Positions 1 to 8,470 of a stretch of DNA of 64,000 nt are shown in pieces. The stretch's first letter is position 1; each line of letters begins with the position of its first letter. The position numbers and the translations under genes are program-made. This DNA comes from Bacteroidaceae bacterium (lineage in GTDB: Bacteria > Bacteroidota > Bacteroidia > Bacteroidales > Bacteroidaceae). The notes beneath the pieces are model-generated. The model was not told the origin of the DNA. It saw only the letters and a list, made by a program, of their open reading frames with translations, and did not search any database. Location: NCBI GenBank assembly GCA_045597985.1, contig JAZLLE010000063.1, forward strand, positions 13,973-77,972, in the 5' to 3' direction.

Positions 1-2053
1 TCAGGCTTACCCTGAGGCCGGCTTTCTCCAACAGATAAACGGCATCCGACGCTCCCATTCCCACCACATTCGGAACGAGTCCGTTGTTGTAGTCGCGCAC
101 AGTGAGCCGCAGCGTGTCATTATCGATCGATGCTGTTCCCCAGGTGCTGTCACTCAGTTCGGCGCCATCTTCCGTGAGCGCATCTATCTTCAATTCCCTC
201 AGTATAGTATGAGCCTTAGCCAAATCGCCGGAGAGGACCCTTGGAGTGTGTCCGTTCACGGTATCAAGAGCCTCCGCGATATCTCTTGTCTCCGACATAG
301 ACATTACCTTTTCCGATATCTCGTTGAAGACAGGACCGGCAACTCCGGCACCATATCCCACAGGCGTATGTACCGCCACTATGCAGGAGTATTTAGGATT
401 ATCGGCAGGGAAATATCCACAGAATGACGCCAGATAAGAGCGTCCGCCACTCGTATAGCCACTGGCGCCATGAGACATCTGGGCAGTTCCTGTCTTTCCG
501 GCTACCTTAAAGAAAGGAGAGCCAGCCTGTTTACCCGTTCCGTCAGATACAACTTTCTCAAGCATATATCTTATATCGCGCAATGTAGTCTCCTTGCACA
601 TCTTCTCACGCGCCACTTTCACTGGAAACTCCTGAATGACCTTTCCATTGCGTCTGACCTCCGTCACCAGTCTGGGCTCCACCATACATCCGTCATTGGC
701 TATTCCATTATAGAAAGCCAGAGTATTGATGGCCGGCAACTGAACATTATAGCCATACGTCATCCAAGGCAGACGAGTGGCGTCCCAGTATCCGTCCTTT
801 CTGATTACCGGAGCACCGGTTCCAGTAAGCTGCATCTGGAAATGGGTGTTTATTCCCGTTCTGTATATGCCCTCCACAAAGTCTGACTCGTGGCCTTTAT
901 AGTGCGGTGCTATAAGTTTGGCAGTACCAATGTTCGATGACTCCATCAGAATCTCCGCAGTGGTGAGCCATCCCTCCGCGTGTGAGTCAGTCATCCTTAC
1001 ACCCCCAAAGCCGAAGTATTGTCCTTTCTCGCAGTAAATGCTGTCTGCGAGCGATATCTTTCCGTCGTCAAGAGCCACCATCATAGATACGGTCTTGAAT
1101 GTTGAGCCCGGCTCATATATCTCTCTCACGACATTATTCTGAATCTCATAATAGCTGCCCTCGCCGGTACGGGTCAGGCTGGCCATAGCCTTGATATCGC
1201 CGGTGGCCACCTCCATCAGCACCGCTACTCCAGATGTGGCGCCAAGGTCAACAAGCCTGCGTCTGAGCGCGGTCTCGGCTACATCCTGCATACGCACGTT
1301 GAGAGTAGTCACAATGTCGCAACCGTCAATCTGGGCGGTATCCACAATGGTACGTACCGTGTTGCGGATACGCTCCTCGTGACCCACGCCCGGTTTACCA
1401 CGCAGCACTGAATCGAACGAGAGCTCAAGTCCATATCTGGCAGAGTCCTTGGCACCGTAAAGGTCTCCCAATGTACGTGTAGCCAGACGGCCGAATGGCT
1501 TCTTGCGCGCTACGACACTATTCTTGCTGTAGAACCACCCGTCATAGCGTGTCTTCAGCCACGGCACCATCTCAACGGCCTCCTTGTATTGATTATACGA
1601 CAACGCTCTGGCATCGGGCATCAACGCATAATAGTGGCTCTTCTGCGAATAACCTTTCTTATAGTACTCTATAAACCGGCTCTCTGAGATATCCGGAAAG
1701 ATGCCATGCATGGCGGTTGCCGTAGCAGAGAGGTAATTATTATAAAGACTATCCTTGCGCATCTGGTCCATCTCACGCAGCCTGGCTACCCGCTCGCCGC
1801 TTTTGAAATCAAGGAAGATGCGGTATTGAGGCATACTGCTCGCCATAAGCAATCCCTCATCACTGAGGATATTGCCACGACGCGGCTCGATAGTCTTGTT
1901 CCAGGTAACCATATATCCGGCCACCTCGTTCCAGTAATTCCGCTCGGCGAACATCACAAAGACAAGTTTGCCCACAATAAACAAGGCTGCCACAGCCAGC
2001 AGCAGCATTATGCCTTGAAAGCGGTCAACTGATTTGTCTCGTTTCTTATCCAT
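1..2053 (-). CDS. ftsI: Penicillin-binding protein / peptidoglycan transpeptidase FtsI (PBP3-like); C-terminal end runs off the window
   Basis: Absent from the ORF track because no stop lies in the window. My minus-strand translation from the ATG at 2053 gives MDKKRDKSVDRFQGIMLLLAVAALFIVGKLVF (TM anchor). The three PBP motifs STFK (SxxK), SSN and KTGT are present. It lies directly downstream of mraZ-rsmH-ftsL. Confidence 0.85.
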   Translation of the reverse strand, partial: MDKKRDKSVDRFQGIMLLLAVAALFIVGKLVFVMFAERNYWNEVAGYMVTWNKTIEPRRGNILSDEGLLMASSMPQYRIFLDFKSGERVARLREMDQMRKDSLYNNYLSATATAMHGIFPDISESRFIEYYKKGYSQKSHYYALMPDARALSYNQYKEAVEMVPWLKTRYDGWFYSKNSVVARKKPFGRLATRTLGDLYGAKDSARYGLELSFDSVLRGKPGVGHEERIRNTVRTIVDTAQIDGCDIVTTLNVRMQDVAETALRRRLVDLGATSGVAVLMEVATGDIKAMASLTRTGEGSYYEIQNNVVREIYEPGSTFKTVSMMVALDDGKISLADSIYCEKGQYFGFGGVRMTDSHAEGWLTTAEILMESSNIGTAKLIAPHYKGHESDFVEGIYRTGINTHFQMQLTGTGAPVIRKDGYWDATRLPWMTYGYNVQLPAINTLAFYNGIANDGCMVEPRLVTEVRRNGKVIQEFPVKVAREKMCKETTLRDIRYMLEKVVSDGTGKQAGSPFFKVAGKTGTAQMSHGASGYTSGGRSYLASFCGYFPADNPKYSCIVAVHTPVGYGAGVAGPVFNEISEKVMSMSETRDIAEALDTVNGHTPRVLSGDLAKAHTILRELKIDALTEDGAELSDSTWGTASIDNDTLRLTVRDYNNGLVPNVVGMGASDAVYLLEKAGLRVSL

Positions 2054-2055
2054 AC

Positions 2056-2424
2056 CTATTTTTTGCCTGAATGAATACGGTACGGAGACTGCTCCGATGT
2101 CTGTAACCCTGAATTACCATTGCCTACAGCCTGCTCTATATACGAGGGCTTGCTTTTGGCCGATACATCGCTTGTGGTGTTCAAAGCCTGATAGCGCACA
2201 TCAACAAGTTCTTTTTTCAACTTCTCTATACGTACAAGATCGCACTGACTGTCGTATCTGTTGCCTACATATATGAGCACAAGCAGTATTACAAGCAGGG
2301 CAAAAGGAATCTGACGGCGAAGGAACGCCACTATGCGCGGATCCTCACCCTTCAGAAGTTGTTTGATGCCGAATTTGCTCACCTCCGGAGCCTCGGCCTG
2401 CCTGCCATTAACCGACTCTGCCAT
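2056..2424 (-). CDS. FtsL-like cell division membrane protein
   Basis: A 122 aa ORF with a single TM helix (IPFALLVILLVLIYVGNRY) followed by a coiled-coil-like segment. It sits between rsmH and ftsI as in dcw clusters. The call rests mostly on position. Confidence 0.65.
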   Translation of the reverse strand: MAESVNGRQAEAPEVSKFGIKQLLKGEDPRIVAFLRRQIPFALLVILLVLIYVGNRYDSQCDLVRIEKLKKELVDVRYQALNTTSDVSAKSKPSYIEQAVGNGNSGLQTSEQSPYRIHSGKK

Positions 2425-2426
2425 AA

Positions 2427-3356
2427 TTACAATCTCTCCGCTATTCTAAGCCGCGCACTGCGCGAGCGTGGGTTCGACATCTGTTCCTCCGCATCGGCCG
2501 CAACCGGTTTTCCTATCATACGGTACGGCACATTCCTGTTGCCATAGAAATCCTCCTCAACCTTGCCGTCCACATTACCGCTACGCATGACATTCTTTAC
2601 CATACGGTCCTCTATCGAGTGATATGTAATAACCACAAGACGGCCACCGGGACGAAGAAGGCTCGCAGCTTGCTGAAGCATCTCCTGAAGCGCGTCGGTC
2701 TCGTGGTTCACCTCCATGCGCAATGCCTGGAACACCTTGGCCATATCTTTCCTGACCCGCTCGCGGCCTATCAGAGGCTCCGCTATGGAGCAGAGCTGAC
2801 CCGTGCGCTCAATGCGGGACTTTGCGCGGGCGGTTGCAACGGCTCTGGCCAGGCGGCCTCCGCACTGCAGCTCTCCATACAGATAGAATATTCGCGCCAG
2901 ACTCTCCTCGTCGTAGTCATTCAGCACATCTGCGGCACTGCGGCCCTCTCTCTGGTTCATACGCATATCGAGCGGCGCATCGAACCTGAATGAGAATCCG
3001 CGCTCCGCATCGTCAAAATGATGCCAGGACACGCCAAGGTCCGCAAGTATGCCGTCAAGCTTATCTACGCCGTAATAGCGCATAAAGTTGCGCATATACC
3101 TGAAGTTGCTATATACGAATGTGAAGCGTGAGTCAGAAAGCGCATTTGCCATTGCATCGGCATCCTGATCAAAGCCATACAGATGGCCTTTGTCTGAAAG
3201 TCCTGAGAGTATCTCGCGGGAGTGGCCCCCGCCGCCAAATGTAGCGTCGGCATATACCCCATCGGGGGTAACAACCAGTCCGCCTACGCTCTGTTTGAGA
3301 AGGACCGGTACGTGATATGTCGTCTCGTTATTCTCCAATATTCTGATATGTGACAA
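2427..3356 (-). CDS. rsmH: 16S rRNA (cytosine1402-N4)-methyltransferase RsmH (MraW)
   Basis: A 309 aa ORF with YHVPVLL, DATFGGGGHS and SFRFDAPLDMRM motifs typical of RsmH. It follows mraZ. Confidence 0.95.
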   Translation of the reverse strand: MSHIRILENNETTYHVPVLLKQSVGGLVVTPDGVYADATFGGGGHSREILSGLSDKGHLYGFDQDADAMANALSDSRFTFVYSNFRYMRNFMRYYGVDKLDGILADLGVSWHHFDDAERGFSFRFDAPLDMRMNQREGRSAADVLNDYDEESLARIFYLYGELQCGGRLARAVATARAKSRIERTGQLCSIAEPLIGRERVRKDMAKVFQALRMEVNHETDALQEMLQQAASLLRPGGRLVVITYHSIEDRMVKNVMRSGNVDGKVEEDFYGNRNVPYRMIGKPVAADAEEQMSNPRSRSARLRIAERL

Positions 3357-3363
3357 ATCGCTC

Positions 3364-3855
3364 TCACTCGGTCATAAACTCTTTAATACCCTCCGCAAAA
3401 CCGGCATCACTCATAAACGGCTCATTGCCTCCGCTCCTGGCCTCCGCTACTGACGGGGCCCACACCTCGATGGTCTGCTCCATTCCCACGAAAAGCGCCT
3501 GCTGCCCTATGCCAACCTTGTCAAGCAGTACACGGGGAATCAGTATTCTGCCGCTCGCGTCAAGAGGAATCTCCACAGCCTCAGATACCATCTTGCGATA
3601 AACCATCTGCTGTGTGCTGTCGAAACGGTTCAATCTTGAACGGACCTTCTCCACCTCGGCCCGCCACTGACTCTCCGGATAGATGACCAGACAATTCTCA
3701 AAGAAGTCCTTTCGCACTACAAGCGTGACATCCGGCACCTCGGCGTCAGCCGAAACGGAGGTCAGGAAGTAGCGGCGATAGGCAGCCGGCAGAAACACGC
3801 GGTTCTTGCTGTCAATCTTAGCCGAATATTGTCCGATAAAACTCATCTTCTCCAC
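3364..3855 (-). CDS. mraZ: Transcriptional regulator MraZ
   Basis: A 163 aa ORF with duplicated SpoVT/AbrB-like halves (DSKNRVFLPAAYR and DASGRILIPRVLL). It is the first gene of the dcw cluster. Confidence 0.95.
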   Translation of the reverse strand: MEKMSFIGQYSAKIDSKNRVFLPAAYRRYFLTSVSADAEVPDVTLVVRKDFFENCLVIYPESQWRAEVEKVRSRLNRFDSTQQMVYRKMVSEAVEIPLDASGRILIPRVLLDKVGIGQQALFVGMEQTIEVWAPSVAEARSGGNEPFMSDAGFAEGIKEFMTE

Positions 3856-3874
3856 TTGGGGTTAATTCAGGTTT

Positions 3875-3882
3875 CAAAGTTA
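3875..3882 (-). promoter_or_regulatory. Bacteroidota -7 promoter box (TAACTTTG, fits TAnnTTTG) upstream of mraZ
   Basis: The minus strand reads cctAACTTTGaaa about 20 nt upstream of the mraZ ATG and fits the TAnnTTTG consensus. Confidence 0.4.
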
Positions 3883-3891
3883 GGCATTTTG

Positions 3892-3917
3892 CCCCACTTC
3901 ACACCACAACGCCCCAC
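3892..3917 (-). promoter_or_regulatory. Putative MraZ operator: three direct GTGG(G/T)G repeats at 10-bp spacing
   Basis: The minus strand reads aaaGTGGGGcgttGTGGTGtgaaGTGGGGc. That is TGGGG/TGGTG/TGGGG with 5-nt spacers, just upstream of and overlapping the mraZ promoter. It matches the TGGGN-N5 triple-repeat operator known for E. coli MraZ. Confidence 0.55.
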
Positions 3918-4081
3918 TTTTTATGCTAAAGTTTTCAACAGGTTGTTAATAAGGCATCAAGAGATACTGTCTGGGATGGCTTCTGGCACACCCGAGACCA
4001 CTTTTCTGCCTTCAGGTATAGATGTTACGGAAAATTCATATATCTTTGCACCCGTCTTGAGGACATAAGCGCAAAAACACT

Positions 4082-4156
4082 GATCCGTTAGCTCAGTTGG
4101 TTTAGAGCGCTTGCTTGACAGGCAAGAGGTCGGCGGTTCAAATCCGCCACGGATCA
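4082..4156 (+). tRNA. tRNA-Val (anticodon GAC)
   Basis: Hand-folded cloverleaf: acceptor GATCCGT/ACGGATC, D arm GCTC..GAGC, anticodon stem CTTGC/GCAAG with loop TTGACAG, T arm GGCGG-TTCAAAT-CCGCC, discriminator A. Confidence 0.9.
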
Positions 4157-4530
4157 CACGACAATCCCACTTAATTGATATGAATATCAGTCAGGTGGGA
4201 TTTTCTATTTAAAATTTGTCTGAATTCCGCTTTATTTTGCCCTTTTCAGGGTCGTTCTTGCCACTTTTCTTGCCCCCTTTCGGAATTGCCGTATTCGGGC
4301 ACCTGCGGATTCAATCAACTTGCTTGCTATTCCTGTGAAAATCGCCATTGTTTTGAGTTTTTAAAGCGTTAAACAATAATACTGCCCTCGTCTCAGGTTC
4401 ACGCCGCAAAGTTATGGCGTCTATTTGGAACCGCAATGGGTTGTCCTCGACTCCGGCCCCGTTTGTCCCAAAGTATGCCGTAAATGCCTGATTAACAACG
4501 AGCCGCAGAGCACCCCTACGGTTTTCCCCT

Positions 4531-4709
4531 GTGATTCCGCTATTCCTTCACTGTGACTCCACCGTGACTCCTCTTGTTTTCCACTCATTTTCCGCCTCTG
4601 AGTGGAGAACGAGTGGACACAGAGAGGAGGCAGAGTGGACCCAGAGTGGACACAGAGTGGAGAACGAGTGGAGACCCACTGGACACATAGTGGAGACCCA
4701 CTGGACACC
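4531..4709. repeat. Degenerate tandem array in strict 11-bp phase
   Basis: Units of GAGTGGAnnnn start at 4600, 4611, 4622, 4633, 4644, 4655 and 4666. GTGGAGACCCACTGGACAC occurs twice, at 4668 and 4690 (22 bp apart). GTGA(C/T)TCC occurs at 4531, 4553 and 4564. Confidence 0.65.
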
Positions 4710-4997
4710 GGATTATACAAGTGTTCGCTGCGGCTCCGATATGACTACGATACGCCTTCGCCGTGCCTTCACCATTTCATCGATGTTTTTCCGCTCAAAA
4801 ACGGAGCCAGAACGAACAAAGAGCGAAAGAGCGGACACTTAGCGAACACCGAACGGACAAAGACGGGGGCGTCATTTGAACTGTGTCAATCGTTGAATCG
4901 CGTTTTCTATACGACCCGGGATTTACGTTTATTTATGCAATTGGCACTTTGTTTCGTGGAAAGTTTCCTATCTTCGCAAAGACGAATTGCATATAAT

Positions 4998-5402
4998 ATG
5001 AAGCCGGATTCTATGAGACCAGTAAAAAGAAAACATGTTCATATGACAGACATTCTCCCTATCATTCTGATTTTGGCAGGCGTCACACTCTTTATGATGA
5101 CGTACTGGCCTTGTGGTGTTACCGTTGACAAGGATAAAAACATCAACCTTGAAGTAGTAATCGGTAAGAGCCACATGATTCCTGCTGATGAAATCGCAAT
5201 TTCTGAAGTTCCCGATGGCCTTCTCTCTCATTTAATCAAGATAAACGGTTTGAGTCTTGGCAAGATTAAATACGGAAAATTCAAGAACACGAAAAGCGGT
5301 CAGAAAATGTTCCTCTACTTTACAGGCAAGGAGGACAAAGTATGCTTTGAGTATGATGGGGTTCTATATGTGGTAGATGATTGGAGGACCGACATTAAAT
5401 AA
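4998..5402 (+). CDS. Small membrane-anchored hypothetical protein (possible bacterial PH-like domain)
   Basis: This is the downstream part of the 4602..5402 ORF. The start is moved to MKPDSMRPVKRK because the upstream part crosses the repeat array. There is one TM helix (ILPIILILAGVTLFMMTYW) and then a ~90 aa soluble domain. Confidence 0.5.
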   Translation: MKPDSMRPVKRKHVHMTDILPIILILAGVTLFMMTYWPCGVTVDKDKNINLEVVIGKSHMIPADEIAISEVPDGLLSHLIKINGLSLGKIKYGKFKNTKSGQKMFLYFTGKEDKVCFEYDGVLYVVDDWRTDIK

Positions 5403-5524
5403 GAACAAATTCCCGGTTACCGACTTCTTCGATAACCGGGAACAAAAGCAACCGGTGTCTAGAGCCTGGCCCCTGAGACAGTCTCTGACTGTGGCTTTTC
5501 CGCAACACCCTCTATTACCAGAAC

Positions 5525-6007
5525 TTACCAGATAGCCACAACGATGTAGTACATCATCATTCCTGAGGCCACCAGTTTCATTCCGGTGCCGGACAGGAAG
5601 CCGAGGAATGCGCCAAGAGAGGCTTTTGCAGAGCCCCAGATATCCTTATCGGCCGAGAACAGCTCTGCAAGGAACGCCCCGAGAAGGCTTCCTACAATCA
5701 TACCCAACGGAGGCAGCAGCAGGCCTACGACCAACCCCAGGAGCGCGCCTCTGCTGGCGGCTTTGGTACCACCGGTCATACGGGTAAACTTTGCAGGCAC
5801 AATGTAATCGAGTATTGTGACCACTATCATTATGGCCAGCCACACCAGCAGGGCGGCAACCGTAACACGGTGTCCGCCATCGCTTTTATTGATAAACACA
5901 AGCAGCAAGCCCACCCAGCTTACGGGCGGCCCTGGAAGACCGGGCACAATGCTGCCTACTATGCCAAGAATACCGGAGGCCAGGGCTAAAATCTCAAGAA
6001 TCGACAT
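5525..6007 (-). CDS. DUF456-family membrane protein
   Basis: A 160 aa ORF with four hydrophobic segments. The N-terminus ILALASGILGIVGSIVPGLPGPP is typical of DUF456 proteins. Confidence 0.75.
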   Translation of the reverse strand: MSILEILALASGILGIVGSIVPGLPGPPVSWVGLLLVFINKSDGGHRVTVAALLVWLAIMIVVTILDYIVPAKFTRMTGGTKAASRGALLGLVVGLLLPPLGMIVGSLLGAFLAELFSADKDIWGSAKASLGAFLGFLSGTGMKLVASGMMMYYIVVAIW

Positions 6008-6278
6008 AATTGTTGCAAATGAGCGCTCAATAATGCACTCTCACATTGCGAAGATACTCATTTCTGGTTAATTCACCCGATTTGAGGATAAAAAATCAAG
6101 CCGTTTTGTCAGTATTTAACCAAGACTGTATGTCAGTTTGTCATTATACACTTGTTTTTTACTGTCAATTCAACGCTTTTCCATACACGGCATCGCTTTT
6201 GAGATTAATACAGCGAGGCCACCTGGGGCGCGGGGAGACCTCGGGAGAGAATTTTATTAGAAACAGAATCTTAAAGTA

Positions 6279-6286
6279 AAGGAGGT
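6279..6286 (+). promoter_or_regulatory. Strong Shine-Dalgarno sequence AAGGAGGT 7 nt upstream of the hsp20 ATG
   Basis: The sequence reads gtaAAGGAGGTaataattATG. No comparable SD is visible in front of the other genes in the window. Confidence 0.5.
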
Positions 6287-6293
6287 AATAATT

Positions 6294-6722
6294 ATGTTAG
6301 TACGTAGAGCAACAAACAACTGGTTTCCATCACTGTTCGGCGATTTCTTTGACAACGCTGTGATTGCACCCGCAAGACAGTTCGCATCACCGGCCGTGAA
6401 CATTCTTGAGGACGAGGGCAACTTCCAGATTGAGGTAGCCGCTCCTGGTATGAACAAAGAGGACCTGAACATTCAGGTAGAGAACGACGACGAGCTTCTC
6501 ATAACATTGGAGAGGAAAAGCGAGGCCGAGGACAAGGAGAAGAGAAACTACCTGCGCAGGGAGTTCTCATACGCATCGTACCGCCAGGCATTCACCCTGC
6601 CGGAGGACGTAGATAAGGAGAAAATCTCGGCACAGATGACAAACGGCGTTCTCCGCATCACACTTCCAAAGAAAGAGGAGACCGTCAGAGTACCTGCCAC
6701 ACGCAAGATAGAAATTGACTGA
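6294..6722 (+). CDS. Hsp20/alpha-crystallin family small heat-shock protein
   Basis: A 142 aa ORF with alpha-crystallin domain signatures (FQIEVAAPGMNKEDLNIQVEND..LLITLER, NGVLRITLPK). Confidence 0.9.
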   Translation: MLVRRATNNWFPSLFGDFFDNAVIAPARQFASPAVNILEDEGNFQIEVAAPGMNKEDLNIQVENDDELLITLERKSEAEDKEKRNYLRREFSYASYRQAFTLPEDVDKEKISAQMTNGVLRITLPKKEETVRVPATRKIEID

Positions 6723-6795
6723 AAGCACTAAAGAAAAACGTCGATACACTTGCGGTTTCCGCTGACTGACTATATCTTTGCGTAAAATTCTAAAG

Positions 6796-6838
6796 GGAGT
6801 ATTCTCCGTCGCAAGGCGGAAAATACTCCTTGTTTTTA
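6796..6838 (+). terminator. Rho-independent terminator after hsp20
   Basis: A 13-bp stem GGAGTATTCTCCG / CGGAAAATACTCC with one mismatch, followed by TTGTTTTTA. Confidence 0.6.
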
Positions 6839-6841
6839 TAT

Positions 6842-8470
6842 ATGGAAACAAGTTCTAATACGCAGAGACATCTGGCCGGGGCATTGCCGCTCTTGCCCGC
6901 AGCCGTCATACTGGCAAGTTGCATGGCCCACTGTCACGAAGCCCGCACGTTGCCGGTGCTGCATCTTATCTTACAAAGCATTGCTATATATCTTGCAGTT
7001 CAGATCATAGTCAGCAATGCCAGACTACGTGAGCCGGCAGAATTCATATCAATCCTGACGCTCTCCGGCATCTGCCTTTTCGAGGCGGCGTCAGGAATGT
7101 CTCAACTTACAGGCAAACGTATATCGGCACACGGAATAGGCCAATGTACCGGCACATTTCAGAACCCCGGGCCATACGGAGGATTCTTAGCGGTATCGGC
7201 AGTAATTCTATTAAGCTGGATTATCAGCGGAATATCCAATAAAGGACAATGGCTGCGGCACCTTGGAATTCCCGCATACGCTGCGGCCGCATCGTCAGTT
7301 ATTATGCTGCCTGCCACAATGAGCCGTGCCGGAATGCTCTCACTTGCTGCGGGAATAGCCGCAATAGTCACTTGCGGCTACGACATACGCTATAAAATCC
7401 TCAGGAAATACGCCAAAGAGACATTTTTCCGGCCTGCCGCCATCACTCTGTCCGTATTAGTGTTGACGGCAGGCCTATTTGCCTACTACCAGAAAAAAGA
7501 CTCCGCAGACGGCCGCCTGTTTATGGGAAAAATCAGCATATTAGCAATGAGAGAAAAGCCCTTGGCGGGATATGGTCCGGGAAAATACACAGCGGCATAC
7601 GGTGATGCCCAACGCGAGTACTTCCGCAAAGGCACATATACTGAGCGGGAGAGAATGCTGGCTGACAGTCCGGAATACGCCTTCAACACATTTCTGGCCG
7701 TGGGCGTAGATTACGGAATACCTGCAATGATTATGTTCCTGCTCACCATTGCAATGGCAGTTTTGGCAGGAATCAGGAGAGTCTCACCCGCCGGGTATGG
7801 CCTGCTTGCGTTATGCGTCTTTGCCTTGTTCTCATATCCGCACGAGATTAAGGTATTTCAAATAATGGCGCCACTGCTCCTGTCTTTCTGCAACAAAGGC
7901 ATAACCCATAGTAAAGCACATATTAGATATACCTTATTGATAATAACGGCTGCCGGCTATGGCATAACCACGTACAAGCTTATCCCAATCAGGAAGGCGG
8001 AATCAGAATGGCACAAGGCAGAGGTACTCTACAAGCAGGAGAGATACGAGATGACTGCGAGAAGATATGCGGAATTGTCGCCATATCTAAGTGGCAACCA
8101 CATATTTCTGTTTCAATACGGCAGAGCATTACTCAAGACAGGAGAACATCGTCTTAGCGACTCTGTTTTGCACATAGGAGCCTCCATCAGTTGCGATCCT
8201 ATGTTCTGGAATCTGATCGGGCAGAATCAGCAGGCGTTAAAAGATTACTCCGAGGCAGAGGCAAGCTATCTTCACGCATACGCTATGGTGCCAAACCGTC
8301 TGTATCCGCTGTACCTTCTATTGAAGCTATACAGTGAGAGCGGTCAGGACATCAAGTATCAGAGAACTTTGCTCTATGTGAGCAGATTCAAGCCCAAGAT
8401 TGAGTCGCGCCTCACCGAAGAGATGCGCAAGGAGATAGAGAATCAGAAGTCAAAGCCAGCGGAAAGATAG
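6842..8470 (+). CDS. O-antigen ligase-like (Wzy_C-type) polytopic membrane protein with C-terminal TPR-like region
   Basis: About 10 TM segments with a large loop, and a C-terminal helical-repeat region (YKQERYEMTARRYAEL..., ALKDYSEAEASYLHAY). The start is moved from 6830 to the METSSN ATG at 6842 because 6830 lies inside the hsp20 terminator. Confidence 0.7.
   Translation: METSSNTQRHLAGALPLLPAAVILASCMAHCHEARTLPVLHLILQSIAIYLAVQIIVSNARLREPAEFISILTLSGICLFEAASGMSQLTGKRISAHGIGQCTGTFQNPGPYGGFLAVSAVILLSWIISGISNKGQWLRHLGIPAYAAAASSVIMLPATMSRAGMLSLAAGIAAIVTCGYDIRYKILRKYAKETFFRPAAITLSVLVLTAGLFAYYQKKDSADGRLFMGKISILAMREKPLAGYGPGKYTAAYGDAQREYFRKGTYTERERMLADSPEYAFNTFLAVGVDYGIPAMIMFLLTIAMAVLAGIRRVSPAGYGLLALCVFALFSYPHEIKVFQIMAPLLLSFCNKGITHSKAHIRYTLLIITAAGYGITTYKLIPIRKAESEWHKAEVLYKQERYEMTARRYAELSPYLSGNHIFLFQYGRALLKTGEHRLSDSVLHIGASISCDPMFWNLIGQNQQALKDYSEAEASYLHAYAMVPNRLYPLYLLLKLYSESGQDIKYQRTLLYVSRFKPKIESRLTEEMRKEIENQKSKPAER

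Noticed and set aside
470-2032. Plus-strand ORFs 470-886, 1191-1382 and 1706-2032.
   Set aside because: They lie antisense to the ftsI-like PBP gene, which I translated by hand and which has SxxK, SSN and KTG motifs.
4157-4420. A search for an att-type duplication of the tRNA-Val 3' end, or an integrase, next to either tRNA-Val gene.
   Set aside because: I found no repeat of the tRNA 3' segment and no recombinase ORF by eye. A computed repeat search is needed before claiming an integrated element.
4600-4709. A possible CRISPR array.
   Set aside because: The units are 11 bp and directly abutting, with no spacers. No cas genes are in the window, so this is not a CRISPR.
4421-4997. ORFs 4421-4720 (-), 4531-4842 (+) and the upstream two thirds of 4602-5402 (+).
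   Set aside because: They are kept open only by the stop-free 11-bp repeat array. The translated products are repetitive (EWTQSG...) on both strands. Only the part from 4998 onward looks like a real protein.
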